Source: Callorhinchus milii (taxonomy: Eukaryota). Taken from it: a stretch of DNA of 64,000 nucleotides. The stretch is taken from assembly GCF_018977255.1 (NCBI RefSeq), contig NW_024704743.1, forward strand, positions 68,512,001-68,576,000, given 5' to 3'. The position numbers and the translations under genes were made by a program. The notes beneath the pieces are model-generated. The model searched no databases. It had not been told where the DNA came from and saw nothing but the letters and a program-made list of their open reading frames with translations. Positions 33,732-48,032 of this stretch are shown here, one piece after another. Position 1 is the first letter of the stretch; each line of letters opens with the position of its first letter.

Positions 33732-33970
33732 GAAAGCACATGTGCCTACATGAGGGAGAGAGGAATATGTGGTGTGGGTTTTGTGTGGAGTATATACACT
33801 GGCAAGGACTATTTGGGCAGAATGGGCTGCTTCTGTGCTGTATCCCACAATGTAACACAATGGCAAGATGCATGGATCCTGCTGGATACTACTTGGGTTA
33901 CCTCAATATTTGTATTTGCCCTCGGATAAAGAAACTATTGAATCAACAAGTGAGCTCCAGACCATTCACT
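33732..33970 (+). repeat. 240-bp direct repeat, copy 2
   Basis: Aligns to 29856-30095. Confidence 0.92.
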
Positions 33971-34817
33971 TACTCAGGAAGTTACAGCGGGAATAATCAT
34001 AAGTGCACCCTTATTGTGGTTACTGTAAATGCTTTATGATTATGCATGGGATATGAAAATACTCTGCTTAGGAAAATCGCAAATATAATATTGTAGCGAG
34101 GGTCAGAATTTTTGGGTCGGAGTGATTGAGGGCAGATATTAATTTCAACCAAAACTTAAACTTTATATATGATTACAGTCTTAAGATGCTGAAGGGAACA
34201 GTTAATGTAATAATAGATAGGGAACAGGCTCCTGAGGGAGACAGTGGAAGCAGAAAATGTTGTTTGTTTCATGAAAAAATTAGATGGATTTCTGCTAGAA
34301 AATAATATCTCGGGATACTATCTAAGAGCCACTGGTTTCTCCTCTAAGCCAGTGCATTCAGTGCTCTCCTGCAGGGGGATGTCTGGACTGTTTCATTTTG
34401 GGAGCTTGCTTCTCCAACCTTTAGCTGGCACTGTGTGGTTCAGAGGTCAACAATGTCCCAAGCTGCGGGAAACCACACACACACTGCCATTTACATCAGC
34501 TGTTTGCCGGCCCACGTTCCCAATATATTTACTGCACTGGGGCATGGCTGACTTTGTGATCATTCGATTTCCCCTTCATGCCATGGTACAACAAGCTATA
34601 GTCCATCTTTGTGTAAAAGGGATTGGACGAGCAAGTATGAAGACGACATGCTGAGCGGTAGAGCCAGAGAGAGCCCTCTGGCTCTTATCTACATTCCAGA
34701 GATTCTGTATCAAGTGTTTTGTTATTGCAGTAAAAAATAGTTGTTCAGTTTTAAAATTGTCACCATAAAACAGCAGCTAAGGGTATTAGCATCAAATGTA
34801 ACCTATTTTAGTAAATT

Positions 34818-35180
34818 ACAAGATTAGTTTGGATGAAGAAGACTTTTCGGTCCATCGTTCAGCCCATCTGACTCTATGCTTCCAGAGTACACACTCTTAT
34901 TGACCTCCCATCACAGCAGCAAGCTTTTTAAAATGAGTCTAATGTCCTGGCCTTAACCACTCTTCCTGGCTTCCAGTTGTTAATTATCCTCTGGGTAAAA
35001 AATCCCCTGGTATCTGTCCTGAAATTTCTGTTTATAACTCTATGTTTCTTGTCCTACTGTCTTGGAGTATCCTAAAGTATTGTTCTGTGTTTACGTTTTC
35101 AATCCAATTTAAAATGTTGTACACCTCTATAAGGTCCCATCTGAGATGTGTTCTCTCAAGACTGAAGGACCATAGCTTGG
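34818..35180 (-). mobile_element. Old CR1 3' fragment
   Basis: Reverse complement resembles 2900-3285 (CTTCAGTCTTGAGAG, ATAGAGGTGTACAA, TTCAGGACAGATACCAGG). Confidence 0.75.
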
Positions 35181-35644
35181 TTAATTGTTGCTCACATACC
35201 TAAGGTCAGAAGATGGCATGATTTCAACTTTGGTTTGCTATCTTCAGAAAGTCCAATTGAAAATATACCTTTGCGTTTGCATTATGCTAGCATTTATCTG
35301 TACACCTTGCTTTAGTTTGGAGAGTGTTCTCCTTCAGCAGACTATCTCTATCAACAGTGTTTCAGCAGGCATCTCTCTGACACATTTAATATCCTGTTTT
35401 TTCCTTGTAATCTTAGAAGATAAATTGTGAGCTATCTGGTTGCACAACTGCCTTATTGTGCTGGATTTCATGGATGTTAAATTTGCAATTGCGTAATACC
35501 AGTTGTTTATGAATCATAGAAACAGAAAGTACTAACAGACAGAGACCATTTAGTCCATTACGTCCGCACTACAGCTACCTATATTACTAAAATTATCCCT
35601 GTTTTAACCTCGGATATGCATTCATTTTATACCTCCATGAAGCT

Positions 35645-37269
35645 CATGGACCCCATCCCCACCCCTCTCCTTAAATCCCACCTCCACCTCCTTGACCCAC
35701 TATTTGCCGACATCATTAACCTCTCCCTGTCATCTGGCACTGTTCCTTCCCCCCTCAAAACAACCACTATCACCCCCACCTTGAAGAAACCTTCCCTCGA
35801 CCCATCATAGTTATCCAGCTACAGGCTCATCTCAAATCTTCCTATCCAAGTCCTTGAGAGAGCTGTTTCCTCCTAGCTTCACTCTTTCCTCTCACTCACT
35901 CCATGAACCCCTCCAATCGGGTATCTGTGCTGCCCACAGCACAGAAACTGCTCTGGTCAAGGTCACAAATGACATCCTGACCATGTGTTACCAGGGCTCC
36001 CTCTGCCTCCTCATCCTACCCGACCTCCTCGACCTTTCCGCCGACTTTAACACTGTGGACCACTCAATCCTCCTCCACCACCTCTCCTCCCACCTCAACC
36101 TTCAAGGTTCTGTCCTTGACTGGTTCAGGTTCCTACCTTTCACACCGCCTCCGCTTCGTCACGGCAAACGGCTTCTCCTCCACCCCCCGCACTGTCTTGT
36201 GCAGTGTTCCTCAGGGCTCTGTCCCCGGACACCCTCTTCACCCTCTACATGCTCCCCCTCGGTGACATCATCTGCAGACATGGGGTAAATTTCTATATGT
36301 ATGCGGATGACACCCAACTCTACCTCTCTGCCCCCACCCTCAACTCCGGGACTATTGGCGTCCTGAGCGACTGCCTGTCCGACATCAAGTCCTGGACGAG
36401 GGCCAACTCTCTCCAACTCAATATCAGCAAGACCGAGGCCCTCCTGATTGGCTCACGCCAGCGCCTCTGCACCTCAGGCGCTGGCAGCATCAGCCTCCAC
36501 GGCTGCACACTCAACCTCACTAAGCCAGTCAGGAACCTGGGTGTCTTGTTTGACCCTGAACTGTCCTTTCTCCCCCACATCCGCTCCATGACCGGCACTG
36601 CCTACCACCACTGCCGCAACATTGCCAGACTCCGCCACTGCCTCACCCCTCAGGCTGCCGAAACCCTCACCCATGCATTCATCACCTCAAGGCTCGATTA
36701 CGGGAACTCCCTCCTCATCGGCCTTCCCAACTCTTCCCTTCACAAGCTGCAGATCATCCAAAACTCTGCAGCTCGTGTACTCTCACGCACCAGGCTCCGT
36801 GACCCCATCACTCCCACCCTCGCCCGACTCCACTGGCTCCCCATCCCCCAGAGGAGCAAGTTCAAGATCCTTGTCCTCACCTTAAAGGCCATCCATGGCC
36901 TTGCCCCCTCCTACCTCTCTGACCTGCTGACTCCCTACCAACCTGCCTGCTCCCTCCGTTCATTGGGATCCGGCCTGCTCCATGTCTTCCGCCCGACCCG
37001 TCCGTGGCCGGACTTTCAGCCTCTCTACCCCCACACTCTGGAACGCCATCCCACGGTCCCTTCTCCTCACTTCCTTCCTTGCCTCCTTCAAGACCAGTTT
37101 CAATAACCTTCTCTTCGACCGTGCCTTTGGTCTCCCTCCCACCTCTCTGCCTTCCCTCACCCCTACATCACCCCTCCCCCATGCTTGGACCCCGATACCT
37201 GACTGTTCAGCGCTTTGGGATGTCCTCCTGACGTGAAAGGCACTCTATAAATGTAATTTTGTTGTTGTT
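35645..37269 (+). mobile_element. 5'-truncated L2 LINE with RT domain (pseudogene)
   Basis: [69 protein letters not shown]. Several frameshifts, (TTG)n tail. Confidence 0.96.
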
Positions 37270-40200
37270 ATAGTTTTGGTTGAATTAGAGATGTAAATCT
37301 TTGAATAATTGCTCATTTTACAGTATTAAAGATTAAATGGTTTGGAGAATTGGATCACAATATTCATTGTGTTCTTATTATGTTTTTTTGTAATGAGAGC
37401 AAGCATTTAAGTATAGGTGGGAGATATTGTGAGACCTGTATTTCCTTATTGAAGCTCGATTAACCTAAACCTGTGATAGCATAGTTCTGATCCTTGCTAA
37501 CAGTTAAACATCAGGTTACAAGTGCTCAGGTGAAATTATAGCCTCAAATAAACATAGTGTAGTTTCTTCACAATTTATGCATTTTCCTTTTTAATTTGTT
37601 CTTCCTTTTGAACTTTGCCTTTCCTCCTCCTGTTGCCCAAACCCTTCCTCTTTCCCCTTCTCATTTTCTCCAATTCCCAGCTACACCCCTCCCTTACTAG
37701 TGTTTTGGGTCATTGCCAGGGATAATGTCCACATTTAAGATCCAAGTATTCATGATTGTGACTTCAATGTTGCAAGTTTGCCAAGTGATGATCAACAGCT
37801 GTGTTTTTTTACAAGGAAAATGTTTTGTAGTTTTAGCAGTTAACTTCTCAAAGGTTACAATGACGTGCTTATTGAGAATCTGTTTAGGTCATCGTGAACT
37901 GCACTCTACAAATACGTACAGTGTGCATTGAAAGCGCTTCACTATTGCAAGCAATAAATCTGTTTGTGAAGGGTGTATCCAGTTATTTCTGTACTGTGAT
38001 TTTGTCCCAGTATTCACTTTAAGACTTTAACGCTATGAGTGGAAATGCTAAGAGCAAAGGTGACTGGAGGGTGGAGTGACAGTGCCTTGTTATCTCTGGG
38101 AGCTGGCTTAAAATATATCCCAGACTAATGGAGTGAAAAGTCTTCGTTGTGAGGCTCTCGTACACAGTGTGCTTGGCTAGTCCAGCCCAGTTCTTTGGTC
38201 GTGTAAGCACAACAATGTACCTAATTCAATTCTAATTGCTTCTCTGTTGGCATTTAGGCATTTGAAAATGACTGATCTGGGAACTGAAAGTTCTGTAGCA
38301 GAAGTCTGTTTCTGTTCACAAGTTAGGGCTAAGCCATGCTGTTGGGGCAGAGAAGAGGGAACTTTACTCAACATCTGACCTAAGCGAGCTGAGCTGATCT
38401 CCATGTTCTTGGTACATAAATGGAAAAGTGTCCTATTTCCTAGCACCTTCAGCTTTTTAGGATACTAGTATCAATTTAGCCAGAAGCCTCAGTACAGAGT
38501 TATACATTGAAAAGATTCCCCTCAATTGTAGGTAGTTTTTTCTCACCTAACATAGCACTATTGTCAACTCTGTTGATAATTCCACTGAGTTATATTTTGG
38601 ACAAAACTAGTTCTGACGTTCCCTCATGTTTGCTCAATATATGAGCTGCTTTTCTGTACCACAAAAGCTAAGCTTTTGAGTAGCATATTCAAAGATATTA
38701 TCTTTAAGGTAGTAAAAATCAGGAATTTCTCGTGAGTGAGAACCATTGAGAAACTACTTATTGTTTACGATTGAATTATTTGTAACACAAATACACAGAA
38801 CCACACAAAACAATGTACATTTTTTAAGTGTATAATAATTCACAGTAAATTACTGCTTACATCAGTTCCATTGGCAAATGGACGGATAGCGTCTCAGTTT
38901 AACATCCAAAATGCACCAATCCCTCAGTGCTCAAGTGTCAGCCGAGGCTGTATACAACAGCTCTTTTTAGTGGATTTAGGTAATCCTGACAATGGGCCAT
39001 GGTTGAACCCACAACCCTACCCAAAGATGAAAGTGCTACCAATTGAGCCAAGCTGACACTGGTAAACCTACAAAAGTCAGTGTATTTATTGTACAGTGCG
39101 ATGCATCGGCAAGAATGAGATGCTTGGGAGAAATTGGTTTTCAGGGTATCTCTGCTCGGATAAATTCTGTGAATTTTGGCTGATTGTGTTAAATTCTGTT
39201 CTACTTATTTGAACTTTTTGAAAATTGTATTTTAAAGCATAAATTGATATCCCATCTGCCCCATGATTCTTTTTTAAAAAAACTCATCATTGCCATTCAG
39301 ATGTAAAGTTTTATTGATCTCATAAAAGGAGAGCACAGTGAAAAGCTCAGAACAATCCTTATAAAGAATTTTTAGACAATACATTTTTTGTAGGACTGTG
39401 TTTAAGCAGTCCTGAAGACAAATGTCACAACAAGTATCACATTTCTCACCCTACAATGTCAAACATAAATCCAGGTTGCATTTGGTGAAATGAGTGATCC
39501 ATTGTGAAATCATTTATTACAGATTCTTGTAGGAACATAGGAAAACAGGAACAGGAAAGGGTCATCAAATCTGTAAAGCTCTTCAGCTGCAAAAGAGATA
39601 TCCAAGGCATAAGTTTGAGCTTCAGATAAAAATAATTCCAATCCGGTTACAAAAAGGGTTTTCTGCTTTACAGTGTGAATAAATAGATTCTTGATAGCCT
39701 TTAAAATAATAACGATAATCCTTGCATTTGATAAAGCGCCTGTAACATTTGAAAGGTCATTTAATTGCATTGAAGTGTCATGATTGTATTTATAGCCAAA
39801 TTAAATTTGAATGGATGAATTCAAAGACGCTTACCTGTGCACTGATGCTCTGCATATTGGATCGCATTTCTTTAAAAGGCTTCAACAATAATCAGAAATA
39901 CAGATTCCTGGCATTGCAGTGTTGAAATTATCAATGGATGTTTAGTACTGCCAAGTTTATTACCATAACAAAATATATTCCAATGTTTCTTTCTAACTCT
40001 TTTGTGTTCCTTTCATTCTTTTCTATCCAAATTGAAGACTATTGAAAGCCAACTTTAATTGTGGCAACTACAGCTTGTTGGGAAGTGATCTCATTTGAGA
40101 TTACTTTTCCGAGACAATCTCAACTGGATGATGATCCTAGCCAAGTTGCAGATCTGAAGTAGAGCTTCATTAAGATGGACTTGAATACTTACAGTGCACA

Positions 40201-40839
40201 TAACTTATTAATGTAGATTGCCTTTAGAACTGCAAATACACAAGAAACATATTCAAGGAGTCAAGGCCAAATGCATTTTTTTTAAAGTTTGCTTTTCTAG
40301 CAAACTGCAGTGTCTAGCTAACTGCATGTCTACAATGATTGATCTGAAACAACAAAACATTTTGCGTTCTGTCTGTGCACGTCTACATATTTCTGCAATA
40401 AAACTCAAAATATTTTTCAGCTTGCGTTTGCCTGAGGTATTGAGTGGCCTATTGGTTTAATTTGTTTTAGACAGTCAGTGTACAGTTCTATGGGTTGATT
40501 AATGGGAGCTGATAGTTGAGTTGTGATTTTTAAAAGAAAATCGCTTGTTGTTTTTCCCATTCAAACATTATTGCAATTTTTTATAAATACCAGAGATTCA
40601 GTCTAAATTACTGTAGAAAACAAATTTGTCTTTATATATTTGTGTGCTTCAGTATTTTTGGCCAGAAATGAGCAAAAAGTACATGGAACAGGAAGAAGCC
40701 TACTTAGTAATGGTTGAAAGAAGATTGACTCCTTTATGTTTATATATTTATGTTTGACATTGTATGGTGAAAAATGCAATACTTGATGTGATCACTTGTA
40801 TTTGTTCAGCATCTTATATACAAACATCTGTAATTACCG

Positions 40840-41110
40840 TCCAGTGTAGTGCTTTTGTAAGCAAATGCAAAAGCCGTTCTGTGAGTGGGGATGGATGTGT
40901 CTCAAAGAGCCATGACATTAATGACCAAATTTATCTGGAGAGCTGTTAGCCAAGGCACTGGGAGATATGCTTCTCTTTTCGAATAATACCCTGAGGTCTT
41001 TAACATCCACCTAAAGAACAGGACCTTATTTTTATGTCTCATCCGAAGAACAGCCCTTCTGATAGTGTAATGTTCACAGTATTACACTAGAGTGACGGCC
41101 TACACTAAGT
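40840..41110 (-). mobile_element. Old SacSINE1-like SINE remnant
   Basis: AATGACCAAATTTATCTGG...TCTTTAACATCCACCT...GTCTCATCCGAA. Confidence 0.7.
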
Positions 41111-41134
41111 ACGGGCCCCATCATCACCATTTCT

Positions 41135-41222
41135 GCTCTCACCAAGATCAGGACTAAGGAACTAAGGACCTTCCTGGTCTGCCCTAATAGCACACCAACA
41201 AGCTGCCTTACCAGGGGAGCAC
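41135..41222 (-). mobile_element. Possible LF-SINE-like head remnant
   Basis: Reverse complement contains CAGACCAGGAAGGTCC, recalled from LF-SINE-like heads. Short and weak. Confidence 0.3.
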
Positions 41223-42744
41223 TTCTCCTCCGCTATGATGAATATGGCAGTGGTAGATCTGTGTAATCATGCGTTGCTTTGTTTGTGTAGTGTGATTGGT
41301 TGTACAAAGAGCTTGTTTTTTTCAAATATTGTATAACAAAATACTATAAGCAGCAGCAGCTGTTGTGCTGTCACATTGTGGCATGGTGCTATGTATGTAA
41401 GAATATCCCAGACCTGGAAGAATGAGGGGATGGACCCCCGAAAGAAAGTAAGTAAAGGAAGAAGTACAAATTCAGATGACTTTAAAGTGTTCAAAATCCC
41501 AACGTCTTTAATTTCCCAACGTTTTTCGTTAAAACACCAAAAAGGGTTTTAACTTGTGGGAGTAAGTGAGCAAGGCGCTTCAATGTGCATTGGCTTGAGG
41601 CCAGTTTTGTGTAACCTTCCCGTCCCATGGCCATTTGCCACGCTTGCCTTTTGTACCCTAGCAACGTCTGCATTTGTTTGTTTCCAAATTTTACAAACAA
41701 AACTTTTAAATCTCGCTAAAACTTTGATTCCACAGTCGCTCTGAACATTTGGCTTCTCTCATTTTCTTCTGATTTTCTAATTTCACAATCTTAGTGAAAC
41801 GGGCCCTTGACTGGTGGGTATTGAGGCTGAGACCATAACATTTGAAGTGAGAATCGGGTGAACATTTGAATAGGAAGAATATAAGACTGTGCAGTTAGTA
41901 GACAGAATATAAGACAGTGAGATTAGTAGTTCGCTGCAGTAGATGAGCCAGCATAAGTTTAGACTCAGTGAGCCGAAAGATCTCTCTCTTTCCCCGATGG
42001 AATTTCTATGATTACCCCTCACAATTGATCTGCATTGCATTCTTCAAAAAGGGTGTGAAGCACACCATTTTGTCTTACTTTTTTTCCGCTGAACCATAGC
42101 TGTTATATTAATTGAACTGTGTATCTACAAAATAAAAATACATTAAAAACTAAGTCTAGGTATTGTTAATTGCAAATGCTTTACATGAATACACTTGGAA
42201 TTATTGCTACAGAATGTTGTGGTGAGCAGTTTCTTTGTGAAGCTTGCAGTTTTTATAACTAGTATTTTATTAAAGAATCGTTCAGAAAATAATTGCAGGA
42301 AGAGCTGGGCAGCAATTGACAACAACTTGCACTAGCTGATAGTGAATTTAACATAATGTCTCAAAGTGTATCACAGAGCTGGTTCCAGACACCGAGCAGA
42401 GCAGAGGAGAGAAGGGTTGTGATGCTCAAAGACGTCAGTTTTTAAGAAACGTTTAAATATGGATAGAGAAGTGGCGAGGCAGAGGGATTTGGGGATGAAA
42501 TTCCAGAAGGTAGATAACTCTCGCTCTCTCTATGACTGTACGTCCCTGAGTCGGCAGGCAATGGAGTGAGGCTGGAGAATAACAACAACAACTTGCATTT
42601 GTATCGCGTCCTTCACCAGGGGTTAGTGTCCCGGAGTAGTTTGGGAGGTGTGAGGGCGTCTAGGAATTTATAGGATGAAGATCTTGAAGTTGATTTGTTG
42701 AGAGCAGGACTTGAGTACTATTCTAAGTTTGATCTGAACTCTGA

Positions 42745-42995
42745 ACACCACAAACAGCCATGGAATGAATGTTATCTGTGGGGATTGTTGGTCAGGGAAT
42801 GGGTAGAAACTGCCTTCTCTGTTCGAGCAGTGCCATGGAATCTTTAACATCCACCTGAACAGGCAGACAGGATCTTGTGTTAACGTCTCATCCAAAAGAC
42901 GGCACCTACAACAATGCAGCTCAACAATGCAGTCCCCAGCACTTATACTATGAGCTGAAAATCCCCATATGGGACTGAAACCCACATGGCTGATC
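42745..42995 (-). mobile_element. Old SacSINE1-like SINE
   Basis: AGTGCCATGGAATCTTTAACATCCACCTGAACAGGCAGAC...AACGTCTCATCCAAAAGACGGCACC. Confidence 0.82.
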
Positions 42996-43311
42996 AGACC
43001 CATTAAAGTTTTTTTTTAATTGATTTTCACGATTATTCTTTTCTATGCAAGTAAATTGGTAAAACTTGATTTTTTTGTATGTTTGACCATGTACAGGCAA
43101 TACTTGGTACTCCCAGGACTGACCTCCCAACCATGCAACCTATCTTGATATGGATGTTCACAATTAAATCCTGTTTTTCACCAAATTTATCGTTTTGTTT
43201 ATGTTAAATTTCTAGCCCCGATTTTCTCCCCTTTTTATCAGAGAAAATAGACTCCAACTCTCCTCCCCCCGCCCCCACCCCGGATAATGTCCAGGACTTT
43301 ATTTTGTGAAT

Positions 43312-44133
43312 AACAACAGCAACAGCAAGATTTCATTTACAGAGCGCCTTTCACGTCGGGAGGACGTCCCAAGGCGCTGGACAGTTGGGTCAGGATCCGA
43401 GCAGCGGGGAAATGGTCAGGGTGAGGGGAGGGAAGGGAGGGAGTGAGGAGGGGGTAGAGAGTCGAGAGGGGAGGTGAAGGCACGGTCAAAGAGAAAGGTC
43501 TTGAGACCGGCCTTGAAGGAGGAAAGGGAGGAGGCGGCGAAGGCACTGGGGGATGGAGTTCCAGAGCCTGGGGGCTGAGAGGCTGAAGGCCCGGCCACCG
43601 ATGGTAGGGCGGTTGGGGCGGGGGATGTGGAGCAGACTGGAGCCAGAGGAACGGAGGGTACGGGCGGGTAGGTAGGGGGATAGTAGGTCAGAGAGGTAGG
43701 AGGGAGCAAGGCCGCGAATGGCCTTGTAGGTGAGGATGAGGATCTTGAATTCGATCCTCTGGGGGATGGGGAGCCAGTGGAGGCGAGCGAGGGTGGGAGT
43801 GATGTGTTCCCGAAGCCTGGTGCGGGACAGTACACGAGCTGCAGAGTTCTGAATGACCTGCAGCTTGTGGAGGGAGGTGGCGGGAAGGCCGGCGAGGAGA
43901 GAGTTCCCATAGTCCAGCCTTGAGGTGATAAAGGCGTGGACCAGAGTTTCAGCAGCGTGAGGGGTGAGGTAGTGCCGTAGTCTGGCGATGTTCCGGAGGT
44001 GATGGAAGGCAGTGCCAGTTGTGGTGCGGATATGAGGAAGAAAGGACAGCTCAGGGTCGAACAGAACGTCGAGGTTGCTGACTGGCTTTGAGAGGTGGAG
44101 AGTGCAGCCTTGGATGCTGATGCTGTCAGCGCC
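43312..44133 (-). mobile_element. Young 5'-truncated L2 LINE
   Basis: ORF 43486-44148 gives an L2 ORF2 C-terminus. Very similar to 18140-18930. Confidence 0.95.
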
Positions 44134-46759
44134 ATAAATAAAACCCAACTTTAATGTTCCTTAACAATCGTGTTATTATGGCTGTGAATAGATATCTCGC
44201 ATTTAACCCTGACGGTTACTGTAACCACACATCAGACTTGGAGAAATTGTATTTAGCACTGTATATTGGAACAAGCACATCATGCTGCTTTCCCACAGCC
44301 TAATGCTTCCCTCATCAGCCCCAATTCTAAAAGAAAAGGCTGACTCCGCATTTGAGTTTCTGTAAATGGGGATTGTCGCCTGTTACTGTTCTGTGTGAGG
44401 AGTCTTAGATCGAAGCAGAATGATGAAATAGCTGCAACAGCCCTTGTGTTCATGGTGTAAACACAGAGATTTGGGTTGACCACCAGAAATTAATGCAGCT
44501 TCAGTCAGAATCTTGACGAGGATTCACTGTCCTCACAGCTCTGGTTTGTTCTTGCTTCCTTGACCACCTAATGATGCAAAGGCCTTAATGGTGCACCTGA
44601 CTCCAGACAATTGGACAGTGTCGGCTCATTTTAAATAATATTCCTCTGATGAGAATTTTTTAAAATAGGTTTAAAATGAGTTCCACTGAACTCCCTGTCC
44701 CCCCACCCTTTTCAAAGCACATCTCAAAACATCCTCCTTGACCGTGTGTTTGGACTTAGAAATGGCTTATTCTTTGATGCATTCGTTAACTGGAGGTAGC
44801 AGACTAGCTATATTCCCTCTGAAAGGAAATCTGCATGTAGCATCATGAGCAAAAGGGAATAGTATAGTATACAGTTTAGAACAGACCACCCATTTTGCTG
44901 AGGACTTGTTTTATTATGTTTAGAAAATGCATTTGTGTAGTTGGAGCTTCAAATGCAGTCTCATGGACTTTTGAAGCTCAAAGCTATTTCTGTGTTATTT
45001 ATTTAGTTTGGTTATATTTATTTCTGCTGTGTTGAGTCCATTTGTGTAACAAGTGTACACATGAGCAATTGAAGATTGACTGACTAAAGTTTCACTCTCT
45101 TCTCTCTCCAACCCCCTTCCTCTGTTCAAAAGGACTCAGGAATAGCCTTGAACCTAAATATCATCAGTTGCAAACAAATAGCAATAATATGCTGAATATA
45201 AGTGTTTGACAGGTTCTAAATAAATGGTAGAAGAAATCGTAAAGATCATCAATGCACAATCAGCTAAAGATATTGTGTCAACCGGCTAATTTTTGACCTA
45301 CGGTCACCTCCCCCTCCCCCCGGCTCGGTGTCGTGCTCCACCACTGTCAAGTGCTCTGGGACGCTACCCTGCATTAGAGGAACTGTATAAATGCAAGATG
45401 TTGTTGTTCAATGTGATAAGCTTCCATAGAAATTCAATTTGTTTTTCTTGTGCAACATCTGCATTACTAAGCAAAGACTGTGAGTGGGAAGTTGAGTCTT
45501 GCTTTGTTGTGGAGGTGACCATTGTTTCACACTGTCTCTGATACACTTAGGGTTAGGGTATTCCATGTTAGTTTGGAAATTCTGCAATTGTTTTCCTTCC
45601 AGGTCACTTGTTTTGTTCTCTGCCTTTGATCACTCTCCTGCTCGCTCTGACCAGGTCCTCCAGGAGAGATGTTAGGCACATTTGTCCTTGATCCTTAAGA
45701 TGATCTCACTAATGGTTTAAATAGAATAGTTGAGTTTTACCAAATGAAAATTTCCAGCTGCTCAATAAGTATGTAACAAATCGTTATTGTCCAGACACTA
45801 GCAAAATAGGCTTGGGAAATTGCTAGTTAGGAATTTGCAATCCACAGCACGGTATAAATGGGTGAAAAGTCTGGAGTTACCAGCAGCCAAGACCATTACA
45901 GATCTGCCTCTGTTTGAGATGCTTGAGAGGAGATCTGTTTTATGTTCACAACCGGACGGACTTGACTGTTTTCTTGGCTGTAATCTGCATTTTGAATTGT
46001 TTGAATAATGACTTTCAAACCGAGCGAGAACCACCGCTGACAACAGTTTTATAACTCGAGTCAATGCATTTAAGTAATACGATCACTTTTATATTTCGCT
46101 GCTGTAGCAGGATACAAGCCTTGACACTGTAGCTTTGGCAGTCCTGCATTCTCCCGCTGTGTTGGGAAGTGCCAGGGCTTTAAATTAATTGCAGCAACCC
46201 AAGCAGCCACGACAATTCACTTCCTAAAAGCCTTTTTTCTAATGTTTTAAAATAATGGAGGAGTTAGTACGCCTGGCCAACATCATTAACAAAAAACTAT
46301 TTGAATGGTTGGATTTGATTTAATAGCTGAGGAAAAAATCTATTGTCTCTAATCATGATCCTATGGTATTTATTACTTGATACACAATAAAGAATTCAGA
46401 AACCAGCACCACCCCTTAAAGAAATGTTATTGTTAGAATATTAATAATTTCATAACTGCTGATTATAGAACATGTTTACATAGCACACAAGGACAAAAGG
46501 AAAGTCATGTCGACGAATAATGTATGAATACTTTCTGAATGTTTTCTCTTGAGGTAATTTTTAAATCACTGCAATTGAATCAATAGATGTTTATTCTTTC
46601 CTTTTGATCCCAAAGTGCATCTATTCATATGGCTATCCTTTGATATGTAACTTTTGACTATTTTAAAACTAGTAATGCAAAAAAAGGTTCCTGATAACAA
46701 ATGTAATTATTTAGGCTTTGAATTGTAATTTTAATAATTCGCTGCAACAGAGAAGAGAC

Positions 46760-47055
46760 CTGAAAAAAATAATTGAGCGGTTTTGATAATGTAAATAGGG
46801 AGAAATAATTTCCATTGGTTGGTGAGTCAGGAAGTTGCCAAAAGAGCAATGGCGGAAGTTAGGAAAAACTTTTTTACACAGTGTGGTTCGGACATGGTGC
46901 CCTACCTGGAATTATGGTTAAGGTGGAATCCATATCCTCTTTTAAGAAAAAAGAGAAATACAAAGAGCATGGTGAGATGGAAAGTGAATGGGATTAAATG
47001 GATTGCTATTTCAGTACATGTACGGTGGGCTGACTGACCTCCTTCTGTGCTGCAA
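46760..47055 (+). mobile_element. Old CR1 3' fragment
   Basis: GFDNVNREK*FPLVGES and EVRKNFFTQ remnants, 3' GGGCTGACTGACCTCCTTCTGTGCTG. Confidence 0.7.
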
Positions 47056-47713
47056 ATTTACTAATATAATAATAAAATAATTAAGACATTCAGTAGCACT
47101 GTGATAAGCCAGGTGCAGAATTAATAAATATAGTTAAAAGTATTTTATGGTACTTTGGGTGACTATTGATCCTTTCTGAATTAAACCAAATGATTTGTGT
47201 TATCTTAGGAGAAATGATTTCTACCAAACAACAACAACTTGGATTTATATAGTGCCCTCCACGCCGGACGGCGTCTCAGAGCGCTTCACAGTAACGGATC
47301 CCAGGACTGAGCCAGGGGAGGAGGAGGATTGTGTGTTCTTCTGAAATGCTTTGTACTGTGCATATTGATTTCTCTGTTCTGAGTATAGGAGGGAATGACT
47401 TTCTTAAAAAATCTATTACAGTGTCAACAAGACAACAAAAGAGATTAGGAAGTAGACTTTTTTTTAGTAAAACTATGATACATGCAATAAGTGGCACAAA
47501 ATACCAGCGCAAATGAAGCAACAAGGGGACACTAAAAGATTTTAAAAGAAATGCACAAGTTCTTCTGAATTTAAAAGAGTTCAGAGATATTAGACAATGA
47601 GATGTGGAAAAGAATCTTTTGGATGAGTGGGCTGGATGGAGAAATGGTCTGCTTCTACCTGGGACTTCCTGTATTAGTATCCAGCTGCAAGGTAATTACA
47701 TCAGTTGATATGG

Positions 47714-48032
47714 ATAATAATAATAATAATCCTTGCATTTGATATCGCGCTTTTCACGTCTTCTCGACGTCTCAAAACGCTTCACAGAATATGCTGTAAA
47801 GTGAATTGACCGTATATTTGTGGGCGAAACGCGGCAGCCAATTGCACACAGCAGTGTCTCACAAACAGTCGTGGATTGAAAATGACCAATTTATTATTGT
47901 TTTGTTTTGGAGGGGATTATTATTAGGTGTGTGGAGTAAGGAAACTTGCCCCAAGTTTCGCCCTGTCTGGAATTGAACCCAGGTCTCTCGCTTGCAAAGC
48001 GAGTGCTCTAACCACTGAGCTACAGGACTTCA
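47714..48032 (-). mobile_element. Full-length young tRNA SINE, short form
   Basis: Near-identical to 1685-2002 and 62676-63007. Confidence 0.93.

Noticed and set aside
29856..33970. LTR retrotransposon
   Set aside because: No TG..CA termini, PBS, PPT, gag or integrase. The internal sequence is a CR1 with its own tail.
34660..34685. 10-bp hairpin AGAGCCAGAG/CTCTGGCTCT
   Set aside because: Isolated and low-complexity, with no supporting context.
41785..41810. Possible DNA-transposon terminal repeat (GTGAAACGGGCCC)
   Set aside because: No matching opposite terminus was found.
45547..45558. Interstitial telomere (TTAGGG)2
   Set aside because: Only two units; too short to interpret.
45603..45695. 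Acceptor TTTTCCTTCCAG followed by a hydrophobic phase-1 frame, as possible exon 2
   Set aside because: Reaches a stop with no good donor and resembles no known mature N-terminus.
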